Below, piece after piece: positions 36,400 to 48,049 of a stretch of 64,000 bases of DNA. Within the stretch, counting starts at the first letter, position 1, and each line of letters starts with the position of its first letter. A program made the translations under genes and the position numbers. The notes below the pieces were generated by a model, which was given only the letters and a program-made list of their open reading frames with translations, had not been told where the DNA came from and did not search any database. The stretch spans positions 3,732,662 to 3,796,661 of the forward strand of contig NC_068998.1 in assembly GCF_001194135.2 (NCBI RefSeq), written 5' to 3'. The stretch comes from Octopus bimaculoides. Lineage: Eukaryota.

Positions 36400-37150
36400 A
36401 CAACATTTCCGTCGTATATAATACCACTTATATATAACACATTCAGCCATCATTCATATGAAATATTTAGCCATACACCTTTAGCCATAAACACAACGTT
36501 GCTATATATCTTTAGTCTCAAATCCAGTATTTAGTCAATCATAACATTTTATCATAATATACAACGTCTAGCCATATACATTTAATCAAACAACATTTAA
36601 TCATACTCGATATTTAATCATATATATTTAGTCATATACATTCGATCATATGTCAGTCATATGTTTCAATAATATACTAAATCATACCACACTGTCAGTC
36701 ATCTACAACATTTAGTCATAAACAGCATATAGTTATTTGCAACATTTAGGGTGGGGAGCTGGTGGAATCGTTAACACGCAGCGCAAAATGCTTAGCAGGA
36801 ATTCGTCTGTTTTTACGTTCTGAGTTCAAATTCCACCGAGGTCGATTTTGACTTTCATCCTTTTGGGATCGATAAATCAAGTACCAGTGAAACACTGGAG
36901 TCAATGTAATCGGCTTGTCCCCTTCCCCAAAATTTCAGGCCTTGTGCCTTTAGTAAAACGTATTATTTCCAACATTTAATCCTTATCGACATTTAGTCAA
37001 ATACTTTTAGTCATGCACAGTATTTAGTCATATCCAAACATTTAATCCTACACAATATTCAATCATTCATCAGTCGTATGTACCACATCTACTTACAAAC
37101 TAAATTCAACCCAGCATTCAGTCAGAAACAACATCATATGCTACATTTTG
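36400..37150. repeat. Degenerate ACATTTAGTCAT minisatellite interrupted by a SINE
   Basis: Recurrent ATTTA(G/A)TCA(T/A) on both sides of the 36749 SINE. Confidence 0.65.
36749..36962 (+). mobile_element. SINE family B, full length, with 16-bp TSD
   Basis: Flanks TTATTTGCAACATTTA (36733-36748) and TTATTTCCAACATTTA (36963-36978). Confidence 0.9.
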
Positions 37151-37975
37151 TCATAAAAATTCATTCAATCGTGTTTCTCCGCCTCCGCAATCTCACCGCC
37201 CCTATTTCTGTATCTATTACTCTCTCTCCCTCCTTCTCTCCCTCTCAATCTTAAATTCCGCCGAAGGGCAAAAAACTAGACAATCTGCTGTCTCTCTTTT
37301 TGCTTCATATACTGCCATCTTTGAAAGGGAATCCCTGCTAAGTTTCCTGACTCCAGCGGTCTCCAACTGTTCGAGTTGAGGGTCAACATACTTCAGCGAG
37401 TGTACATGCAGTTATTTCCAGCCACCGTTGCAAAACCCACTCCCCACCACCACCACCAACAACAACATCAACACCAATAATAGCCTCTCTTCTTTTCACC
37501 CGCCATATTTCTCTCTCCCCACTATCGTTTTATTCTCAACCACTTCGCAACAAAAAAAGATAATTGCACTTATCCCTGTCATTTCAAACTTGATGGATTT
37601 GAATCCATGGATGCTTGTTTTATTTCTTTCTTCTTTCCTTTCTTTATCTCGCTATCTGTTTGTCTATCTAGCTATTTATCCATCTGTCCATCCTTCTATC
37701 AGTTTATCTACCCAGCCCTCCGTCCACCCATTCGTTTCTCTCTCTGTGCATCTCTATCTAAACCTATCCGTCCATATATCTCTCTTCTGATTTATAAATT
37801 ACATCGACGAAGAGAAAGACAAAAACAAAAAAAATGTTTGGTAGATTGGAATCAATGAACGAACCTCTACCTGATTACATATACGCACATGTGTGTGTGT
37901 ACATATACAGATATATACATATATACACACGTGTGTGTAAATGCATAGATATACAAACATCAGATAGACCGACTA

Positions 37976-38352
37976 TCCTTTTATTCTTTTACTTGTTTCA
38001 GTCATTTGACTGCGGCCATGCTGGAGCTCCGCGTTTGGTCGAACAAATCGATCCCCAGAACTTATTCTCTGTAAGCCTAGTACTTATTCTGTTGGTCTCT
38101 TTTTGCCGAACCGCTAGGTTACGGGGACGTAAACACATCAACATCGGCTGTCAAGCGATGGTGAGGGAACACACACACACATATGTATATACGACAGGCT
38201 TCTTTCAGTTTCCGTCTTCCGAATCCATTCACAAGGCTTTGGTCAACCCAAGGCCATAGTAGAAGACACTTGCTCAAGGTGCCACACAGTGGGACTGAAC
38301 CCGGAATCATGTGTTTGAGAAGCAAGCTCCTTACCACACAGCCACTCCGGCG
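37976..38352 (-). mobile_element. SINE family A, full length, short internal microsatellite
   Basis: CTTTTACTTGTTTCAGTCATTTGACTGCGGCCATGCTGGAG...CTTACCACACAGCCACTCC. Confidence 0.9.
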
Positions 38353-38577
38353 CCTATGTGAATATTTACGCCGGGGTTACACTGTATATTCTTAAACGAA
38401 TCTCTCCCCAGCTTCTCCTTGCTCTTTCCTCTTCTCTTTCCTTACTGAGTGAAGAAGGGCAGTTTCCGGAATGTTATAGCAGTCGACTTATTCCATTTTC
38501 CAGAGCGTTGCACACATACATAGATATATATACATATAATATATACATATACATGCATATGTATAAATACATGTAAG

Positions 38578-38640
<63 letters not shown>

Positions 38641-38678
38641 TTACATATGTATATATAAACGTACATAATTATATATAA

Positions 38679-38712
<34 letters not shown>

Positions 38713-38849
38713 GTGTGTATATATGCGAAAACGTATGTACATATGCAAGTGTATATATATGCATTCGGTTTTGCGTTCGTATGCTGTGTCTGGCAAAGCT
38801 ATGGGAGAGTTCGAAACCCTATCCACTCGTTCATTGTGATATCTGAGCG

Positions 38850-40380
38850 GTGATTATTAACTACCATCACCAACGGATACATCACCATCAAAAGCCATTA
38901 ACAAACCACCACCACCAATACCACCGTAACAACTACTATGACCACCACTACTTCTGCCAACACATCCGCCATCTTCTTGACATCAATGCCACCACCATCC
39001 CCACCGGTACCAACATCATCATTGCTACTACCATCACCACCATTTCAACTACCAACACAATCATCATCATCATCACCACTACTACTACTACCAACACCAC
39101 AACCGTCGAAACGATCACAAACACCATCAGCGTCGCTTCCACTAACACCACCGATGCCAACATCACCACCGCTACCATCGTCACAATAGCAGCCAGCAAT
39201 ACAATCAGTAACACCACACACCACGACCACCACCAATACCATCGCCAATACCATTATCACCATGACAAACGTCAAATCAATGAAACGGAATTCACATGGT
39301 CTTTCGACCTGCTAAAAATAGTAGCCAGTCCAAGCTACTCCATACGGTCTACCGCCAACTGGACACTTTCAGTGACCGGTCTGGTCAATCAGAGTTGACC
39401 TGGGGTTAAACAACAGCAGCAACAACAACATCATCAACTGCATGACAACCATTACAGTCGTCAATATCACCATGGTAACCCTCACAGTCAACAAAACTAA
39501 TAATCAACCGTAATGGCAACACGTCAGCAATACACGCCCCCCCCACCCCACCAACACTCCTGTAATATTCCAATGCCACCAGCATGTCCACTATTGTAAA
39601 CCATCATGACCACCATCATCAGGACCACTTCACCAATATCACTGTCCTTATCCAACATCGACACCAACATCACCATCATCGCCACCGCCAGAGCTACCAC
39701 TAGCACCATCACCGCCACCCCCATCAAAGCCACCAGCATGTCCACAACTGTAACACGTTCACCATCACCATCGCCACCACCGCCATTACCACTATCATCG
39801 CCACCACCACCATCATCATCATCATCATCGTCATAGTCATCATCATCATCATCATCATAATCACCACCACCACTCCTACCATCATCATCATATCCACAAC
39901 TGTAACACGTATACCATCAGCATCGTCACCACCTTTATCACCACCATGATCACCACCACCATTACCATCACCGCAACCACCACCACCACCACCACCACCA
40001 CCACCACCACCACCACCACCACCACCACCACCGCCATCATCACCACCATGTCCACGACTGTATCATAATTTCCATCATCAACGGCACCACGATCACCGCG
40101 ACTTCTATTGCAACACCACCACCCTCATCTTCGTTGTCAAAGCCACTAACAGCATCAACAAACTGGCCCTCACGAATACATACACCGCCTTGATGACCAC
40201 CATCAACTCCGCCACCACGACATTCATGTCCAGTATTGTAACACCTTATACCGTCAGCATCATCCACCCCGCCTCACATGTCCTCTGTTGTAACACCCTC
40301 AACATCAACGTCATGAACACCCCACCATCACCATGTGCACAGTTGTAACCCACTGATCATCACCATAGCCACTACCATCC
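38850..40380. repeat. (CAC/CAT/AAC)n low-complexity region with an embedded recurrent 20-nt motif
   Basis: Directly visible; the T/H/P-rich ORFs here are repeat artefacts. Confidence 0.85.
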
Positions 40381-41769
40381 TCCCAGGCTCATACGTATGA
40401 ACACGTATCTACCTTATATACACTCTACATAAATATACATACATATACATAGACATATGTACATACATACATGTTTATACATACACACATGTTTACATAA
40501 ACACGCATACACGCACACACATACATTCATATAGATTTACATATACACATATATACATATACGTACTGAAACTTTACAAGAAAAAATAAGTGGAAGAGTA
40601 TAAATATGCAAGACTTTCTGAAGTGCAGCATCAACACTTATCGTTGAAGTTGTTCAAATTACGACGATGGAGATTTGTTTGTGAGAAAACAACTTCCTTA
40701 GAAGAAGAATTCAAATAATTAAAAATACGTATATTTTATATACAAGCATATATATAAGCAAACATGTATACATTATACATACATTCAGATATACACACAA
40801 TGTTAATTCGTCAAATTGCATCAGATCAAAGAAATGAAACAAAGAATTCGTGGTTCTTACAGAAAGAAAAATGTTAAAAAAAGACGAAAAGCAAGATATT
40901 ACATATACACGTATATATGTATACATACATACATACATACATACATACACATATATATATATATATACATACATACGAATAAAAAGAAATATAAAAAAAT
41001 AATCATAATGGATTCTTGATCGCATCATGTGGATTTTTACGGATTACAGTACATATGACATAAATTGATGAACGTGGATTAATTATTGAGTTCGATCCCT
41101 TGGGGGTAAGTACATTTCATTAGATATTACTGCTACATCTCACTAAGATCTTTGTTAATATCAGATAAAACATTAATCGAAATCTTTGCTAGACAAGGCC
41201 CTAGTCGAGATCTTAGTTAACGTTAGAGCACTAATCAAGTTTTTTTATTTACGTTAGATAAAACACAGATGTATATTCAAATGTGAGCACCAGCTTTCTA
41301 TATGGTTTATTCAGAAGGATAGCTTCCCCCCACCATAACTACTTTGTAGAGGCCCTCAATGACCTGCTGGAGGGAAAAAGAGATCTTGATGTTCTTTCAC
41401 CAGAAACTTGATCCAAGTGCTTGCTAAAGAGTCAACTTCGATAAAACTACCCCAGGACCAGGTGGACGTACTAAACTGGGCAGAAATTAAGCTGAGCCTG
41501 CTATATGAGAACACATACAAGACATACAAAAGCCTTTTGTAGTTGCCACTCTCTTGGTTCCACTTCCTCTATAGCTTGGGCAGACCACCAACCATGGTGG
41601 AAGACATGTTCAAGGAACAATGCTGTGAGCTCGTACCTAAAACTATGATTGCGAAACAAACTTCGTAACCATACAAATGTGCTTATGGCCAAAATTTCTA
41701 AGCCCAGTGTATGCACATACACACTTATGTGCACACTTATACACACACGTATAACTATGCACACACTAA

Positions 41770-41829
41770 TACACATACATGTATATATATATATGTATAT
41801 ATATATATATACATACACATATATACATA

Positions 41830-41873
<44 letters not shown>

Positions 41874-41881
41874 TATGTATG

Positions 41882-41913
<32 letters not shown>

Positions 41914-42011
41914 TACATATATATGTATGTATATATATATATACACATATATACATATATATGTATGTATATATATATATATATATACACATATATACAT
42001 ATATATGTATG

Positions 42012-42045
<34 letters not shown>

Positions 42046-42141
42046 TACATATATATGTATGTATATATATATATACATCTATATGTATGTATATATATAT
42101 ATATATATACACATATATACGTATGTATATATATATATACA
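41770..42141. repeat. (TA)n/(CA)n compound tandem repeat with ~40-bp unit, abutting a gap
   Basis: ACACATATATACATATATATGTATGTATATATAT recurs. Confidence 0.9.
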
Positions 42142-42964
42142 NNNNNNNNNNNNNNNNNNNNNNNNNNNNNNNNNNNNNNNNNNNNNNNNNNNNNNNNNNN
42201 NNNNNNNNNNNNNNNNNNNNNNNNNNNNNNNNNNNNNNNNNGTGTGTGTGTGTGTGTAATATACACATTTACATGCTCACAGGCAACATGCTGGTGAATA
42301 AAATAGAGCAGCAAAAGATCTATCGGGAAGCTGAAACTCGTGACCTAGTTTCGATTTTCAATTGAAGTCATTTCGTTTCACTATAAAAGACTCAATAGGA
42401 GTAGCAAAAACCTCTTACATAACTTTCAATAATCATAAGGAACGTATAAAGATGCAAATACGTTCCTTGAAGGATGATAGCTTATACTGAAAATTATTGA
42501 TTTTGTGGTTCCAGAAAACAGAATACACATTCGTATGTAACTCAGTAATTTGATGAAGCAATTCCCCCTTGAACCTTCTTAAATTCATGCAAGGGGTTTA
42601 AATTTAAGCGAGTGGAAAAAGGGCCAATTAATTCATTAAAGATAGCACTGTAGTCGAGATTACTATAGAGCTGTGATATTCCTTGATTCATCAGAAAGGA
42701 TTGTTTAATCTCTGTCAAATCACGGAACATAGGCTTAAAAGAGGGAAATATTAGTCGGTGTATTTCTAGATATACTATGCCTTCAAATGTAAAGAAGTGA
42801 TGCCCATGTTTAGAGTTCATTTGTTCAAAGGCCTTCAACAAAGAAAATGAAGGAAATATTTGTTAATGCATTCCTAGATATACTGTGCCGCCAATAATAA
42901 AGACAGAATAGTCACAGAGAACCTTTGCTCATGCGTCTGCCAGGTTTAACACAATATGCTCAAT

Positions 42965-43058
42965 AGGCTTGCACCTTGGGCAAGTGTCTTCTACCATAGC
43001 CTCGGGCCGACCAAAGCCTTGTGACTGGATTTGGTAGACGGAAACTGAAAGAAGCCCG

Positions 43059-43141
<83 letters not shown>
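42965..43141 (+). mobile_element. SINE family A core ending in long (GT)n
   Basis: CACCTTGGGCAAGTGTCTTCTACCATAGCCTCGGGCCGACC...GGAAACTGAAAGAAGCCCGTCG then (TG)n. Confidence 0.85.
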
Positions 43142-43142
<1 letters not shown>

Positions 43143-44145
43143 TCCTCGAAATTTCCATTTAATAAAAGCAACAAAATAGATCTTTGTATAAAGACTCAAT
43201 TGGATACGTTCGAGATATATCTAGGGTTAATCGTAGGATACCAAAGAAACCGTAGAATGCCAAAAGACTATGGAAAACGAACTCCAAAAGCTGAAGATAT
43301 TTAATAGATATATTTCCATATATTAAAATGGGGGTGTTTAACTGTTTGTCAGGAATTTGTTACTTTAATGTATGAACCTTTTGAATTATCGGGAAATGAA
43401 CTTTGAAACGTAGAAATAAGGTTTTCGAAGAGTAATAACAAAAATCCAAATGTTAACGATCTATTAACTGAAAAACCATGGATTCGTACTCTGCTTTTCT
43501 GTTCTGCAATGCAACAATGGTATGGTCCAATTTAGCTCTTTAATTATTTCTAATCATCACGCTAGAATTGACGACGTAAAATTTACCAATATAAGAAATA
43601 AAAGAGCTGTGTAGCCCATGAGTATTTCGTTGATATACTATAGGCCAAGACTAAATCAAATCCTGTCTTAAGGATCAGTTCTGTTTAGATAAGTGGTTCC
43701 AAGACCCTAAACCTATCCTAGGTTTACTACCTAAGCAAAACGGCCTTAAGTGGGGCTTTTGTATTCAAAGGACTTTCGAAACTAAAGGATCCATTCTATG
43801 AATAGGCCCATTGTATTACTGGCTAATCGAGATTATGAGTTGCAAAAGTATGTGATTAAAAATTTTGGATCGTTATATTCTTGAAAATGCGCATTCAACG
43901 ATTTACACGGAAGTATTTTGAATACACTTTCTGAATGTGTGTGTGTGTGTGTGTGTGTGTGTNNNNNNNNNNNNNNNNNNNNNNNNNNNNNNNNNNNNNN
44001 NNNNNNNNNNNNNNNNNNNNNNNNNNNNNNNNNNNNNNNNNNNNNNNNNNNNNNNNNNNNNNNNNNNNNNNNNNNNNNNNNNNNNNNNNNNNNNNNNNNN
44101 NNNNNNNNNNNNNNNNNNNNNNNNNNNNNNNNNNNNNNNNNNNNN

Positions 44146-44176
<31 letters not shown>

Positions 44177-46347
44177 AGAAAGAGAGAGCGCTTGGTATTG
44201 CTGTTAAGATCGTTAAACAGTTTTGCCCTTATAAATGCTTGATCAAAATAACTAAAACAAAAAAAAAAGAAAAACACCTACACATAAAAAAGCAAACATA
44301 TGTAAATGAAACAAGCTTACCTTACAAAACAAAGACGTCATAAATACATAGATCATAGGTTATCTTTGACTCCAATCGTAAATTGGAAGTGTTGTCCAAC
44401 TGTTATAATTCTTCTGTCTCCGTCATTTCAATTGTTTTTTGTTTGTGTGTGTTTGTTAAAATATCACTTCCTTATCAAACCTTATTCTTTGCTATTCGTT
44501 CTAATTGGTCAATTGTTCATTGTGTCCATCTGTCATTGTCAAAACGAGCTAATATGGTAATCACGAAGAAAGTACAGTTTCGCTCCTCTCGGTCAGTTCA
44601 AATCCGATGGCCGGACAAACTGAAAATGAAATTGGGATGTAAAGTGGCTGGGTTTTAATGTTATATAGGCGAGCTCTACCACCACTGGTCATAGAAAATT
44701 AGATCACGTGCTACTTTTAAAGAAACAAAAAAAAAGATAGACCTACAAAAAAAAAGCACAAAACAACATAGGTGGGAAAATGGAGGAAAGTGGGTGTAAG
44801 AAAGAAAGAGAGAGAAGCAAAAAATATGGAGAAAGAGAGATACTGAGAGAGAGAGAGAGAGTGAAAGAGAAAGTGATAAAGAACAAGTAAAAGAAGAAAG
44901 CTTGCCGGCCAATAGAAGTGTCGTCGAGGATAGGGGGGAGTAGAATACCCAGAATGCCTAGCGAAGGTCTGCCTATGTTGACTATGTCGTTACCCCCAAA
45001 GTGCTTTGTTTTTGACGGCCCAGTTCTTCATCCCCTTTGCTCTTTGTACCAAGTTGGACTTGGCAAGCTTGAAATGATTGTTAGTCATACTGAAGAGAAC
45101 GTCAAACGGATTTTAAACATTAGGCCAGGTAGGAACTATTTATTTATTTATTTATTTACACCTTTGACTATTTTTTTGTTTTTTCTTGGTGTTAATTTAT
45201 TGGTTATACATACGCGTATATGATATATAATGATTTATTTTTGCTTAATGCAACTACTTTCATATCGTTTAACTAAAGTTTTTTATTTTTATTTGGTCGA
45301 ACAAAAAATATTGTTTCAGTAAATTTTATTTCCTGTTACGAACTATTTTTGATAAAAACGAAAAAAAAAAAAAAACCCACCCTTAAACGATCTTGTATTT
45401 ATTTATTTCGTTTTAAATAGCTTTAGATACTATTTGTAAAAGTTACTAATTTTTTTGTCCGACATTTTCCACTATTTTTACCAACGAAGACTTACATATT
45501 TTTAATTTTTACGCCAAGCTTTAAAAAATCCAAACGTATTTCAAAGAAATTCTCTCTACTCTTTGGATCGTTTTTCTGTTCCTTTTTACCTTGTTGTTAC
45601 TATTGTCGTTGTATCGCCCCACTCAGTCATATTTGTATATTTATATTTTTTTAAATATCTTACTTTTTTTTTTTTTTATTCTTCTCTTTCTTTCCTCTCG
45701 ATAACCTTTCCCTACCGACACACTCCGTGGCCAGTTTTCATATGGCATGTCTATTTATTCAGTGTATTTCTTTTCTCGTTACAATTTCCTGAGAATTTTT
45801 GCCTAAAAATTCTCTCTTCGTTTAGCATAGTATCGGTTTTCTCATTTCAATTTTTTCCTGACTTTATAAATATTTTTTATAATTTCTTTTTCGGTGATTT
45901 TTTTTTTCTTATATTAATTCTTTTCTATCTCTTGGTGAATTATCTTAATCCTATTTTCGAGATTTCTGTCTTTGTTTCTTTTCATCATTTACACTTTTAT
46001 TGGGTCCTCGGGTTCTTTTTTTTTTTTTTTTTTTTTTTTNNNNNNNNNNNNNNNNNNNNNNNNNNNNNNNNNNNNNNNNNNNNNNNNNNNNNNNNNNNNN
46101 NNNNNNNNNNNNNNNNNNNNNNNNNNNNNNNNNNNNNNNNNNNNNNNNNNNNNNNNNNNNNNNNNNNNNNNNNNNNNNNNNNNNNNNNNNNNNNNNNNNN
46201 NNNNNNNNNNNNNNNNNNNNNNNNNNNNNNNNNNNNNNNNNNNNNNNNNNNNNNNNNNNNNNNNNNNNNNNNNNNNNNNNNNNNNNNNNNNNNNNNNNNN
46301 NNNNNNNNNNNNNNNNNNNNNNNNNNNNNNNNNNNNNNNNNNNNNNN

Positions 46348-46401
<54 letters not shown>

Positions 46402-48049
46402 CTCAAATATGCATTAATATTATTTTAATTTTAAAATCTGTTGCGTGAATTTCTCCAGAATAAACAACACTAAAATTATTTATGATAAAAACAAAATATT
46501 TTTTTAAAAGTTATATATCCTATAAAGCAATTTCCATCAATGAAATCATTTCCACTATATAGTCTCATCCCTACAGGTTCCGTAGTTGAATTTCGTCGGG
46601 TCTCTGTTGGTCTTCTGTTAGACCACAATCCGTATAAAAAAGTACTAACATATGTCATTGGTGCTTATATAAAAACCAACCAATAATATACCGTTTTTAC
46701 ACAAAAATTAGCTTTAGACCGTGGCAAAAGTCATTAGCTTAGCTCGAGGCCAGTCCTGGTCGCGCAAAATAATTTCGAAAGTTGTTCCAACCTTGAATTT
46801 TCTCAAACTTTGTATATCTTGGACTACATTGTCCAATATGCTTTTCCATTTAAACGAAATTTGACTGATGTTTCTAGCAGGTTGAACGACCGTATAGAGG
46901 CTTTCCCTCCATGACTTGCAATAAAGTGTTAATACTGTGATTTTGTGGTTTTGTTTTTTAAGCTGACCGGCTCCTAGGAATCGGTCCGAATGTTTTATGG
47001 TCTTTTGTGTCTTTCTCCTTCCCGAAGTCCAGAATTTTTTTTTTTACGAATTCGTATTTAGCTTTCATTTTTCAAAGAAATCTAACAATTTACATTAGTT
47101 CGATTCCTGATGTGGGACGAAGTCCGTTTTAAATTAATTTATTTAATCGCCTTGTACTAATAAGTACTAGTTTAAAATTTCAAGAATAAAATTGAAAATA
47201 AAATACGTTTTAATATCGAAGATCATTTAAATTCATAATTTCACATTTGAAATTATAAATTATAGTTATAATATTAATTGCGATATTGTTTTATTGTATG
47301 GTTAAATAATTCTGTTTTTATAACACGATATATGAGTGAGTGAAAGTGTGAGTGTTGAAGAAATGAACGAAACAGTAAAGAGTGGAATTAAGTACTTTAA
47401 GGTCGCTTTTGGCTATAACATTTTAAATCGCATAAAGTGCAATTTTTGCCCTTTTTAACCCCCTGCTACCTTTTTTAATCCCCTTTCAAAGATAGATACT
47501 AGTTATCGCTTTAACTAACTTTTGATCATTCGGCTATGACCATTTTGGTATCGGTTGAAAAAAAAACTATCCAAACTACAGTGTAGAATTTGACCTAGTG
47601 TCTAGAAATCTTCTTTAAAAATTCAATGTATTTACTCGTTGTTGTTTAACCCCTGGTTAGTCCCGACTGTACAGGCAGGCTTATGTATGCTCTTAGGCAT
47701 TATAAATAACATAGTAGGGTGTGATTTGAGGCAGATTTGGTTGCTATTTATAACGGGGTCGAGCGACTGCTTCGAGAAGCTCCGTGAGTGTTTAGTTTGG
47801 TTCTAGGATACACATGAGACAATACAGCGTTGGACTAATTACTCTACCACGGTTTTTTTTTTTTATCAAATGTTTTAGTTTCAAATCCTATCTAGAACAT
47901 GTTTTATATATCATTATTTTTTTCTCTTGTAAGCATTTGTGGAACTTCGTTGAAATAAGTAATAATGAAACGTTTTTGTAGATTGTATTTCTTCTGGACT
48001 TCCTCTCCCACTGCAAAATTTGGCCTTTTGCCGAGTCACAAGAAATCAA

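Noticed and set aside
39700-40260. Minus-strand CYSCGH/CYNTGH plus Gly-rich reading resembling zinc-knuckle proteins; also a CRISPR-like repeat-spacer look
   Set aside because: In-frame stops flank the motifs and the CCHC spacing is incomplete. The spacers are trinucleotide repeats in eukaryotic DNA with no cas genes.
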